Shown here one piece after another: positions 1 through 10,700 of a DNA stretch of 64,000 bases. Origin of the DNA: Azolla caroliniana. Its lineage: Eukaryota; Plantae; Polypodiophyta. The stretch lies in the NCBI GenBank assembly GCA_043228905.1, contig JBHGNT010000012.1, positions 2,232,001 through 2,296,000 on the forward strand. Direction: 5' to 3'. Position 1 is the stretch's first letter, and every line of letters starts with the position of its first letter. The notes below the pieces were generated by a model. The model did not search any database. It saw only the letters and a program-made list of their open reading frames with translations, and was not told where the DNA came from. Both the position numbers and the translations under genes were made by a program.

Positions 1-421
1 GGGTTGATATGCCATTCATAGGGGAGTTTGTGAGGCAACTAGAGGAGCTTGTTGGCCTTCATGATTATCATGAATCGGAATCCTCAACAACGGATCCTCA
101 AAAGAATTCATGGAAGCATCCCTATGGATTTGATAGTGCCTCGAGAGAATCCTCCAATTGTTCTTCCTCTAATATTGCTTGTAATGTTCAACAATCATTT
201 GAATCACTTTGAGAGGGTAATAACATCATTTGTCATATAAACCAAATGAATAACTTTTATTGTGTCACTTATGCAACATTCCAATCTATAGGTCATAAAT
301 ATATTTGGAGGCTCATTATTATTATTAGGGTAGTGGGAAATGATTTTCTTATTTCCTAAAGTCGTATTCAAATTTGTTATCCAACCAAAAAGGGCTACCA
401 TCTTGGTGTCGGGGGCTAAAG

Positions 422-1064
422 TGTTGGGATTTTCGGTCCCTCCGGATGGGATGTCCGGAGATGAATGACGGCAAGCCTGGTTGCGGTTACGGAACCGGAG
501 GATGAAGAGTACCCGGTTACGGAGCCGGATGATGAAGACCCCGGCTACGGAGCCGGATGACGAAGACCCCGGCTACGGAGCCGGATGATGAATGTACCCG
601 GAGAGAGATCCGGATGCGGGGACATATTTGTGAATATGTTTGCCAAGGGCCCTTTGAGGCTATATTTGTAAATAGCCCGAAAGTCATATGTGTATAAATA
701 TGACTTAGGGCAAACAGTTTAGTCACTGTTGCTCATTTTCTGTTTTCCACTTAGAGAGAGTGAAGAGAGCAGCCGAGAGAGAGAGTGAGAGAGAGAAAGA
801 CGAAGAGGTCGTTGCCTCTGTGTATTACTGCCGCCTGTGGCGAAGACAGTGAGCTCAAGGTTGTTGCCTTGTGGCTTCACCATTGTACATCTCTGTTCAT
901 AGTGATAGTTGGAGTTTGAGGACTTTCGTGGTTTTTCCCATTTAGGGTTTTCCACGTAAAACATCCTGTGTACTTTTCTCTCTATTGTCTTCGTGTATTT
1001 TGTATTTCCTATTTTCTGTGAGTTGATCCTATTCCTCAGCTGTGGCCGAGCACCGTGTTCAACA
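422..1064 (+). repeat. 5' LTR of Copia A (643 bp)
   Basis: Starts TGTTGGG and ends TTCAACA; near-identical to 18309-19006; 28-bp U3 tandem repeats; TATA-like TATAAATA at 693-700. Confidence 0.96.
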
Positions 1065-1067
1065 AAG

Positions 1068-1079
1068 TGGTATCAGAGC
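1068..1079 (+). other. Primer binding site, tRNA-iMet
   Basis: TGGTATCAGAGC, 3 nt after the LTR; this is the classical plant initiator-Met PBS. Confidence 0.95.
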
Positions 1080-1095
1080 ACGGTTAACACAGAAA

Positions 1096-4000
1096 ATGGA
1101 AGGCGGCGGTAGTGGGCCTCCGGGCATGATGGTGTTGAACTCACAGAACTACGCCGATTGGAAGATAAAGATGGAAGACCTTCTCATCGTCCGAGACCTG
1201 TACGAACCGATCGACAATGCCGAGATACCCAAGGGGGTAATAGAGTCGGAGTGGAAGCTCCTGAACCGGAAAGCCATAGCGACGATCCGGCAATATGTAG
1301 ATGTAAGTGTTCTGCAACATGTGGCGAACGACACCAACGCATATGAGATGTGGAAGAAGCTGTCGGGCCTCTACGAGAGGAAGAATGCGTTGAACCGGAC
1401 CTCCCTGATGAGGAAGATAGTGAACCTCAAGTACCGGGACGGCGAGAATATGGTGGAACACGTGAGCACGTTCATGGGATTCGTGAACCAGCTTGCGGCG
1501 ATCAAGTTCCCATTGGAGGATGCAATGCAAGCCATCATTCTGATGTGTACATTGCCGGAAAGCTGGGAGAACTTGGTGGTGACTCTCAGCACCTCCTGCA
1601 CGGAAGATAACTTGTCCCTACAAACGGTAAAGACAAGTATTTTGAACGAAGAAGCGCGTCGGAGAGATAAAGAACCGGCCTCCGACTCGAAGGCGCTTCT
1701 TACCGAATCGGAACGGGGAAGACAATGGAACCGGAGTCCGCAAAGACGGGAGAAGTCGGGGACCCGGTCGCAGTCAAGAGGAAGACCCACATGCTTCCAC
1801 TGTGGGAAGCCGGGGCACATCCGGAAGAATTGTCGGCATTACCGAAAGGACAACGGAGCCGACGACACCGATTCGAAGAAGTCACCGGAGAGAAACGGTG
1901 CATACCGGGGAGCCACGGGCCGGAGAGGTCCGGATCGGCGAGGGCAGGACCGGAAAGGAACGACGGCACTCGCGGCAAGTGAGGAAGAAATCATGCTCAT
2001 CACCGAAGAAGGTGAACTAAACATTGCCGGCGATGAGACGACCTGGGTGGTCGATTCCGGAGCATCGTTCCACCTGACCCCGGAGAGAAGATACTTCTCA
2101 TCCTACACAGCCGGTGAGCTTGGCTATGTCCGGATGGGAAATGAAGGTACGTGCCGGATTGCCGGCATAGGAGACGTGTGGTTGACAACCTCGACCGGAT
2201 GCAAAATGCTGCCGAAGAATGTCCGACACGTTCCGGAGGTTCGATTGAACCTGATTTCGGCCGGGAGGCTAGACGATGAAGGCTACACAGGTAGCATCCG
2301 GAACGGCGTAATGAAGTTCAGCAAGGGGAGCCTGATAGTGGCTCGGGCCCGGAAAGTCAACACACTGTACCTTATGAATGCCCGGTTGTGTCCGGAAGAG
2401 TTGAACGTGGCAGCCGACACTGCCGGTGAGCTGTGGCACAAGAGACTGTGCCACATGAGTGAGAAGGGGATGAAGAGGCTTGCAGAAGACAACCTTATTC
2501 CAGTGAAGCATGTGCACCTGGAGAAGTGCACCGATTGCCTGGCCGGTAAACAGAACCGAACCTCCTTCCACTCAAGGCCACCGACGAGACGTAGTGTACC
2601 ATTGGAGTTGGTACACACTGATGTGTGTTAGGTAGAAACGAAGTCACATGGCGGAGCCCAGTACTTCGTAACATTCATAGATGACCATAGCCGGAAGCTG
2701 TGGATGGCACCGTTGAAGACAAAGGACCAAGTATTGTCCGTCTTCAAAGAACTCCACGCGAGAGTGGAAAGGGAATCCGGCAAGGAGCTGAAAGCGATAC
2801 GAGCGGATAACGGAGGGGAATACCGGGGGCAGTTCGAGGAGTACTGTCGCTCGAAGGGAATCCGGCTCGAGTTCACTGTGCCGAAGACGCCGGAACTGAA
2901 CGGGCTGGCCGAGAGGATGAACCGGACCATAATGGAGAGGGTCCGGAGTATGCTGGCGCATGCGAAATTACCCAAGGGGTTTTGGGCTGAGGCAATGTCG
3001 ACGGCGACATACGTGATAAACAGATCACCCTCAGTACCTTTGGACGGAGACACGCCGCAAAGAGTATGGACCGGTAGGGAAGTATCCTACCGGCATCTGA
3101 AGGTGTTCGGGTGTCTCGCATATGTGCATGTGGCAAAGGACCGGAGAGGAAAGCTAGACCCAAAGACCCGGCCATGCATATTCCTCGGTTACGGTGACGA
3201 CGAGTTCGGCTACCGAGTGTGGGACCCGGTCGACAAAAAGATATTCCGGAGTCGTGATATCATCTTCATGGAGGACAAGACACTCGCCAACTGGGAGTCG
3301 GAGAAGAAGATGAAGAGCTCCAAGTCGTCCGGTGAGGATCAACTCTACGAGGAGCAGTCCCGACCGGCAAGGGACCGGTTAGCACTCGAGGATCCGGCCG
3401 AAGACGGTGAAGAAACAGAACCGGCCGAGGAAGATGAAACTGATACCGGAACCGGCCCCGATCCCGAAATGGATTCGGATGAAGAGGAAACGGAGGAGCC
3501 GGTTACCGAAGCTCCGGAACGGAGATATCCTCTAAGAGAGAGAAGGGCCCCCCGGAGATTTCCGGAACCAGAGCACGTGCTGCTAACCGACGAGGGGGAG
3601 CCGGAGAGTTTTGAAGAAGCAAAGCTTGACACCCATAGCCGCAGGTGGTTAAGTGCCATGCAGGAGGAGATGGATTCCCTGCATGAGAACCACACATATG
3701 AACTTGTGGAGTTGCCGAAAGGAAAGCGGGCACTTCGAAACAAGTGGGTGTTCAAGCTGAAACCGGGAGATGCCGGAAACCCCCCGAGATACAAAGCCAG
3801 GATCGTGGTGAAGGGGTTTCAGCAGAAGAAGGGCGTCGACTTCGACGAGATATTTGCCCCGGTAGTGAAGATGACCTCCATCCGGACGGTGCTGAGCATA
3901 GCGGCAAGCATGAACCTCGAGGTAGAACAGATGGACGTGAAGACGGCATTCCTTCACGGTGACCTCGAAGAAGAGATCTACATGCAGCAACCGGAAGGAT

Positions 4001-4145
4001 TCGAGAAGAAAGGGAAGGAGCACCTGGTATGCCGGTTGAAGAAGAGCCTTTACGGACTGAAGCAGGCTCCCCGGCAATGGTACCGGAAGTTCGACTCTTT
4101 CATGACCGACGAAGGGTACCACAAAACGCAGTCCGATCACTGCGT
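1096..4145 (+). pseudogene. Copia A gag-pol, 5' part (gag, CCHC knuckle, protease, GAG-pre-integrase, integrase, RT N-terminus) with a premature stop at 2629-2631
   Basis: Motifs CFHCGKPGHIRKNC, WVVDSGAS, LWHKRLCH...C..C, ELVHTDVC, IRADNGGEY, NGLAERMNRT, QMDVKTAFLHG and LYGLKQAPRQW. The TAG at 2629 is CAA (Gln) in copy B. Confidence 0.93.
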
Positions 4146-4939
4146 TGTCGAGATTTTACGCAAGTGCGTGTGAAAACGAGGCGGGACCGCGGGGGTCTCG
4201 AACCAAAGAGCAAGCAAGGGAGGAGAAAGAGAGAGAACCGGCTACGCAGGACCGGGGATACGCAGGGACGCGGCCCTCAGCACGGAGAACGCGACAGACA
4301 CCGACACAGACCGTTGCGAATGACTAAATACGTATGTTAACAAAAATAAAATGGCTAGCACGACTACAACCCTCGATGGGGCGCAGGTTGGTTACAACCG
4401 AACAGGCCGGCGAACAGATGCCGATGCCTGTTCGCTTCGACGCACAAAGGGGGGGAGCAGGTCGGAGGTGCTGCCGGAAGCACTCGGGCGTTCCTCGAAA
4501 CAGCGCGAGCCTCCTCGGAGCCCTGCACAGAAAAGCTATGGAGCTCAGGAAGGAAGGAAACGGAGAGAGAGCGTCCGGAAACGGTCCGACAGCACTTCGT
4601 CCTCTCTCTGCCCCCCGCTGCCCCCGCAACAGCTCTTTCCTGCTCCTTATATAGGCCGTTGAGCAGGCCGTCCTGTCAGCTTTATTCCCTGTCCCCTTTG
4701 AACAGGGATCTCCTCTGTCCTTCACGCATCCGCGTAGTTACGCCGCCGACTCGTACAGTTCGCGCGCGTGACCGAAAAGGCTGTTCGCGCGGTCTTTGTC
4801 TCCACTCGTGTTAGGGCCCGTTCCTGCCGATTATCCTCCTAATTCGATTCTATGTACAACTTGGAGCGTGCGCGCGTGAAGAACCGGTTCCCACGCCTCG
4901 GTGCGCCGATTCCGCTTAGGGACGGTTTTCTTCACGACA
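4146..4939 (-). repeat. 3' LTR of the Trp-primed Gypsy
   Basis: Matches 16493-17286 at offset 12347; the ORF track translations are identical in both copies. Confidence 0.96.
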
Positions 4940-5010
4940 TCCGCCCCCACCTAACCGCGCATCCTCCGGAATGCGCCAAGAGAGTTGGGACGGAGAAAAC
5001 CGGCCCGTCT

Positions 5011-6067
5011 TCATTCCTCGCCCGTCGGTTCTTCCTCGTTTTCGGATCGTTCGTCACTGCCGACTAGGAGAGCCGGGTCGGGCTCGTCGTCGTGTCGCTT
5101 CTTGAACGCTTTGATCCGCTTCCCTGCAACCGGTATCGCCATTCTCGTGCCGTCGAGTTCCGCCAGGTGATATGTCCCGTTGCCATTGGCGCTCCGTACC
5201 GCGTAAGGCCCAAACCACCTTCGTGCGAACTTCCGTGTAGCTCGGTGCTGGTTGTCGAGGCTGCTGTCGTAGACGAGCACCCAGTCACCTTCTTCGATCT
5301 TCTTTGGTCGGAGCCGGTGCATTCGGTCGAACCTGGCTTTGTTCTTTGCCCTCGCCACCCGGAGCCTCTCCGTAGCCAGTTCCACGTCCTCCGGTCTCCG
5401 CTCGAGCTGTCGTATGCGCGCGGCCAACAACTCCTCCCGGCTCATCTCGTCCCGCCAGGCGACCGTTGCCCACGAGGAGATCGTCCGTTCCATCGGCATG
5501 ACCGGCTTCTGGCCGAACATGAGCTCCGTCGGCATGTACCCGGTTACCGAACTGTGCGTGGTCCGGTCTGCCCACAAGGCATAAGGCAGCAGTCGCGGCC
5601 AGTTACCGACTTGGCCTCCGCACGCCCGAACCAACACCTTGACGATCGGCCCGTGTCCGCGCTCCACCTTCCCATTCGCCTCCGGATTGTACGCAGTGGT
5701 GAGCGAGAGCTTAACTCCGAGCCGGTCGAACAGCTCCGCGGCTTCTTCGGTGTCCAACTCCCCTCGATCAGCCACGATCTTCCCGACGCACCCGTACTGG
5801 CATATCACGTCCTCGATTAGGAACCGACATACGGCCGCGGTTGTTTTGTTCGGGAGGGCTCGGCCCTCCACCTGGTTCGTCAGATCCTCCCGTGCTAGGA
5901 CCAGGTACCGCATCTGTCCTACCCCCATTGGCATCGTCACCAGATCTACCATCCATTTGAAGTGGATGGTTGGAGGGTACGTAGGGTGAAGCTCGTCCCG
6001 GTGTCGGACTATGGAGTGCATCTGACAGCTCTCGCAAGTTGTCACGAACCGATGCACGTCCTGGTAC
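5011..6067 (-). CDS. Pol ORF2, 3' part: integrase (CESC zinc finger, DDE, GPY/F), no chromodomain
   Basis: Continues YQDVHRFVTTCESC across TSD GGTAC; motifs WMVDLV, IVADRGE, NGKVERGH and WFGPY. Confidence 0.9.
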
Positions 6068-6357
6068 TGTCATAACTAGACTCGAACCCATAACCTTTTG
6101 TTATACGGGTCGAGACTTTACCATTAGGTTATGAATTGTAATTTGAAGGATATTATTTTCATTTAGGTTTTATTGGGAAATTGATGTATATTCCAGATTT
6201 CTCTGGAACATTCTAGAAACTTCAGGAGTATTCCTGAAGACACTATAAAAGGAGGCGCAAGGCATTAGTTCGAACCAAATCGGTTCAACGCCAGTCTTAA
6301 GCCTTCTAACTACTGTTGTATATCTTCCTTCATATAATACATATATCTTTCGCATCA

Positions 6358-6407
<50 letters not shown>

Positions 6408-6540
6408 ACTCATTCCTTCTCTCAAAGTTTGACACCTCTCATAGTACTAATCCTTCTCTGTCTTAGTACTATTCCCCGACAATAGTACTAATCCTTCTTT
6501 TAGTACTAATTCCTTCTCTGCCTTAATAGAGTTCCTGACA
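6068..6540 (+). repeat. 5' LTR of the chromovirus (473 bp)
   Basis: TGTCA...TGACA termini; TATAAAA at 6244-6250; (TC)21 tract. Confidence 0.96.
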
Positions 6541-6542
6541 GT

Positions 6543-6554
6543 TTGAACCGATTT
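6543..6554 (+). other. Self-priming PBS (no tRNA complement)
   Basis: TTGAACCGATTT is the exact reverse complement of AAATCGGTTCAA at 6277-6288, about 30 nt downstream of the LTR TATA box. Confidence 0.8.
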
Positions 6555-6623
6555 TGGGTGCCTGTCTGGTCTTTTCTCTCCCTCCTTTCCTATTAGTCTC
6601 TTATTTCCCTTTTCCTTCATCCC

Positions 6624-7793
6624 ATGGCCACCGTTAGCGCTGAAGAGTATCAATCCGTTTTCTCGGAATTTCAATGCTTGAAAGAGAAGTTTCATGCTTT
6701 GGAACAAGAAAATCAACGCTTGTTGGGGGATCTTCAGCAAATTTCCTTAGAAAAGCAGCAAACGCAACAACATCATGGGGAACTTGCGTTACGCGTGCAA
6801 CAACTCGAAGCAACCATCGTAGCAATGCAACAACAAGGGCACGGAGCACAAGGGATTCATAAAGAACCCAAGATTGGCCTTCCCACGAAGTTCGATGGAA
6901 CGCGATCGCAGTTTAGAGGGTTTCTTAACCAGGTACGGTTAGTTATTCAAATGCATCCGTCCCGATATCCCACCGATGCATCACGAGTGGGTTTAGTAGG
7001 CACGTTGTTAAATGGCTCAGCATTAGCATGGTTCGCTCCGCTACTAGAAAAGGAATCTCCAGTACTAAATAATTTTGAAGAATTCATAAGTGAGTTTAAA
7101 GCATGTTTTGGAGATACTGACAGCATAAGGACTGCAATCAACAAAATCCGGCGATTACGCCAAGGTGACCGTCCAGCCTCCGCATATGCTGCAGATTTCC
7201 GCCTACTCGCCGCCGATATCCCCTGGGATGATCAAGCATTGATGGAGCAGTTCCGCTATGGTCTACGCAACGATGTCAAGGATTTACTCTTGACTTTCCC
7301 TGAAGAGCCAAAATCATTAACAGAAGCAATCAGTCGAGCGGTCAGATGTGACAACCGCCTCTTCGAGCGACGTTCGGAACGACAATTTCAGATGCCGAGG
7401 GCAAGATCCGAGCCTACCTATGCCTCAGTGGTAGCGAAACCTTTTCAAAGGGAGTCACATAATGCGCCTCCAGTAAGTACTCCAACTCCAATGGAAATTG
7501 ACACTACACGTCGTCGTGGGCCGCTATCGGAGGAGGAAAAGCAACGACGCCGAACAAACCGATTATGCCTTTATTGCGGTGGACCAGGGCATATCGCGAT
7601 AAACTGTCCCCATAGACCAAGAAGGCAGGTAAACCAAGTCGTTGTTAGTTCTGACTATACTAAACCCGAGTCTATTTCAGTAGGAATCTCTGATAGTCCT
7701 CATAGTCATAATAGTCCTAATAGTACTAATAGTCCGAATCTCGCAAACAAATTTGATGTCCTTAGCCAATTAGAAGAAGAGTTAAACGACTAA
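6624..7793 (+). CDS. Chromovirus Gag (coiled coil, retrotransposon capsid, CCHC knuckle)
   Basis: 389 aa; motifs PTKFDGTR, LRQGDRPASAY, PTPMEID and CLYCGGPGHIAINC. Confidence 0.93.
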   Translation: MATVSAEEYQSVFSEFQCLKEKFHALEQENQRLLGDLQQISLEKQQTQQHHGELALRVQQLEATIVAMQQQGHGAQGIHKEPKIGLPTKFDGTRSQFRGFLNQVRLVIQMHPSRYPTDASRVGLVGTLLNGSALAWFAPLLEKESPVLNNFEEFISEFKACFGDTDSIRTAINKIRRLRQGDRPASAYAADFRLLAADIPWDDQALMEQFRYGLRNDVKDLLLTFPEEPKSLTEAISRAVRCDNRLFERRSERQFQMPRARSEPTYASVVAKPFQRESHNAPPVSTPTPMEIDTTRRRGPLSEEEKQRRRTNRLCLYCGGPGHIAINCPHRPRRQVNQVVVSSDYTKPESISVGISDSPHSHNSPNSTNSPNLANKFDVLSQLEEELND

Positions 7794-10700
7794 GTCCAGC
7801 CAAAATAGGAGCCGTTTGGTTGGACAGCCCTAGATCTGTGCAGCCCATTAGTGGTTCCATTCCCTCTAAGCAAGTTAGTGATGTGTTCGTAGCCCAAGTA
7901 GCAGTTAGTACTAAAAGTACCCCTCCAGTACATACCTTAGCCCTTCTAGATTCCGGAGCTAATTCTTGCTTCATGGATAGGAATTTTGCCCGAGCTCATC
8001 AGATATCTCTCAGAAAGCTCCCATGTCCAGCCTCAGTAGTAGTCATTGATGGTCGTCCCATTGCTTCTGGTAATATCATAGAAGAGTCGGAACCCGTTAA
8101 TATTGTCCTAGATAACTTAACATGTGTAGTATCATTTAATATTATTAGTATTCCAGAACATCCCATAGTTTTAGGATTACCATGGTTCGAGTTACATAAC
8201 CCAGACATAGATTGGAGGACAAGGGAAATCCGGTTGCGACAAACCCAAGGATCTACTCAGAAGGTTGCAACCATTTCGCTACGTCAGTTGCGTGAGGAAG
8301 GGCGCAAGGAGGAAATGTTTCTCTTCGCAATATCAGTACAACCCTCCAGCACCACCAAAGAGGAGTCCACCGTTCAACTTCCCGAGAAGTATCGTCAGTA
8401 TGCTGATGTGTTCGATAAAGTACAAGCCAACACACTTCCTCATCATCGGCCGTACGATTGCGCCATCGACTTACAACCGGGAAAAGAGCCGCCATGGGGG
8501 CCGATCTACAATTTGTTACCAACCGAGCTAGAAGTCCTTCGAGCCTATATAGAGGAGAATTTGGAGAACGGTTTCATTCGGCATTCGAAATCTCCAGCCG
8601 GCGCACCCATTTTCTTCGTCAAGAAAAAAGATGGCTCGCTTCGACTCGTTGTAGATTACCGTGGCTTGAATAAGGTCACAGTAAGAAATAGGTATGCTCT
8701 TCCCCTTATCTCAAGTCTTTTAGAACGGATCAACGGTGCCAGGTTCTTCACAAAGATCGACTTACGAGGAGCCTATAACCTCGTACGGATCCGACCAGGA
8801 GATGAATGGAAGACCGCGTTTCGCACCAGATATGGGCACTTCGAGTATACGGTCATGCCGTTCGGACTCACTAATGCGCCGGCAGTCTTCCAGCACATGG
8901 CGAATGATATATTTCGAGATCTCCTGGATGATTTTTTGATCATCTATTTGGATGATCTACTGGTTTATTCAAAGACCCAAGAAGAACATGATTCTCATGT
9001 ACTATTAGTACTAAAACGACTTCGAGAACATGGTCTGTATGCAAAGTTAGAGAAATGTAGTTTCGGGTGCAACCAAGTGGAGTTTCTCGGCTATGTCATC
9101 TCCTCAGAAGGCATATCTATGGACCCAGCCAAGGTCAAAACGGTGATAGAATGGCACACTCCGCGTTCGGTGCGGGATGTGCAATGCTTCCTAGGCTTTG
9201 CAAATTTTTACCGGAAGTTCATACAAAATTACTCAAAAATTGTGCTGCCTCTCACACAGCTCACCAGGAAGGGACAATCATTCATTTGGTCTAAAGAGAC
9301 GGACATGGCTTTCGAGAGTCTTAAGAAGGCGTTTACATCAGCTCCAATTTTAGGTCATGTGGATCCGGAAAAACCATTCATTATCGAAGCTGACGCATCG
9401 GATTTCGCATTGGGGAGCATTCTGTCACAACAGGGTAACGACGAGAAGCTACATCCTGTGGCTTTCCACTCCCGTAAGTTTGACGCCGCCGAAATCAACT
9501 ACGAAATTCATGATAAAGAGCTATTAGCAATAGTTGATTCTTTTATGCAATGGAGGCATTTCCTGGAGGGATCTCCTCATCAGGTCACTGTATTCAGTGA
9601 TCACAAGAACCTTGCCTACTTTCAAGATGCTCGTGTACTGAATCGACGTCAAGCTCGGTGGGCCCACTTCCTCACACGCTTCGACTTCAAAATTACATAT
9701 CGTCCGGGGAAGCACCAAGGGAAGGCAGATGCATTATCACGGCGTTCGTATCTAACACCACGTCCCGGTGAGCCAGCTTTCGATAACCAGAAGCAAGTAA
9801 TCTTGGGTCCAGCACGACTGCAAGCAGCACAGGTCTTTGACATGCCCGTGGATTCCGACATTACCAATACTATACGTGAGGACTTGAAGACTGACGCTTT
9901 CGCCCAAGCTATACTAGCACAAATTGACCCCTCTCGAGCGTCATGTTCACAATCACAATCACCAGGTACGGATTATCGGCAATTCAAATACTGTGATGGA
10001 TTACTCTTCTTTAAAGAACTTTTGTATGTTCCTAATGGTTCTTGCCGCCTTCGAGTAGTACAAAACTGCCATGACACATATACAGCAGGACATTTTGGTA
10101 GTACTAAAACATTAGATTTAGTACAACGATCATTCTGGTGGCCCCGTATGCAACAATTTGTCGAAGATTTTGTTCGGACTTGCGATACATGCTGCAGAGC
10201 GAAAATGCCAAGACATCATCCATATGGTTTATTAGAACCATTACCAATTCCAAGCAAGCCATGGCAATCCATTGCTCTTGACTTCATTACAGATCTTCCA
10301 GTCTCTAAGGGATTCAGTGCGATTCTCACAGTGGTGGATCGATATACGAAGATGGCTCATTTCTTACCATGTACTAAAGAAATATCTAGTGAAGACACCG
10401 CCGAAATTGTCATGCGGGAAGTATGTCGGCATCATGGACTCCCTGATAATATCATCAGCGATCATGGACCCCAGTTTGTGTCAAAATTCTGGAAGCACCT
10501 TTTTAAAATGTTGAAGGTCACTTGTAACCTCTCCTCCGGCTACCACCCACAAACCGACGGTCAAGCCGAACGAACAAATCAAACACTGGAGCAGTATCTG
10601 CGGTGCTTTCTCAACTATCATCAGAATGACTGGGCAGATATTCTTCAGTTCGCCGAATTTGCTTATAATAACACTATCCACGCATCGACTAAAGTCACGC

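Noticed and set aside
2629-2631. Possible programmed stop-codon readthrough in Copia A
   Set aside because: Copy B has CAA at this site and its own stop elsewhere, so both stops are private C>T mutations.
4324-4725. ORFs inside the Trp-Gypsy LTRs (duplicated at 16671-17072)
   Set aside because: They are identical only because the LTRs are identical, and they are not preserved in the related LTR at 52735-53393.
6068-6140. Functional tRNA gene
   Set aside because: No proper acceptor or anticodon cloverleaf; reported only as a tRNA-like promoter cassette.
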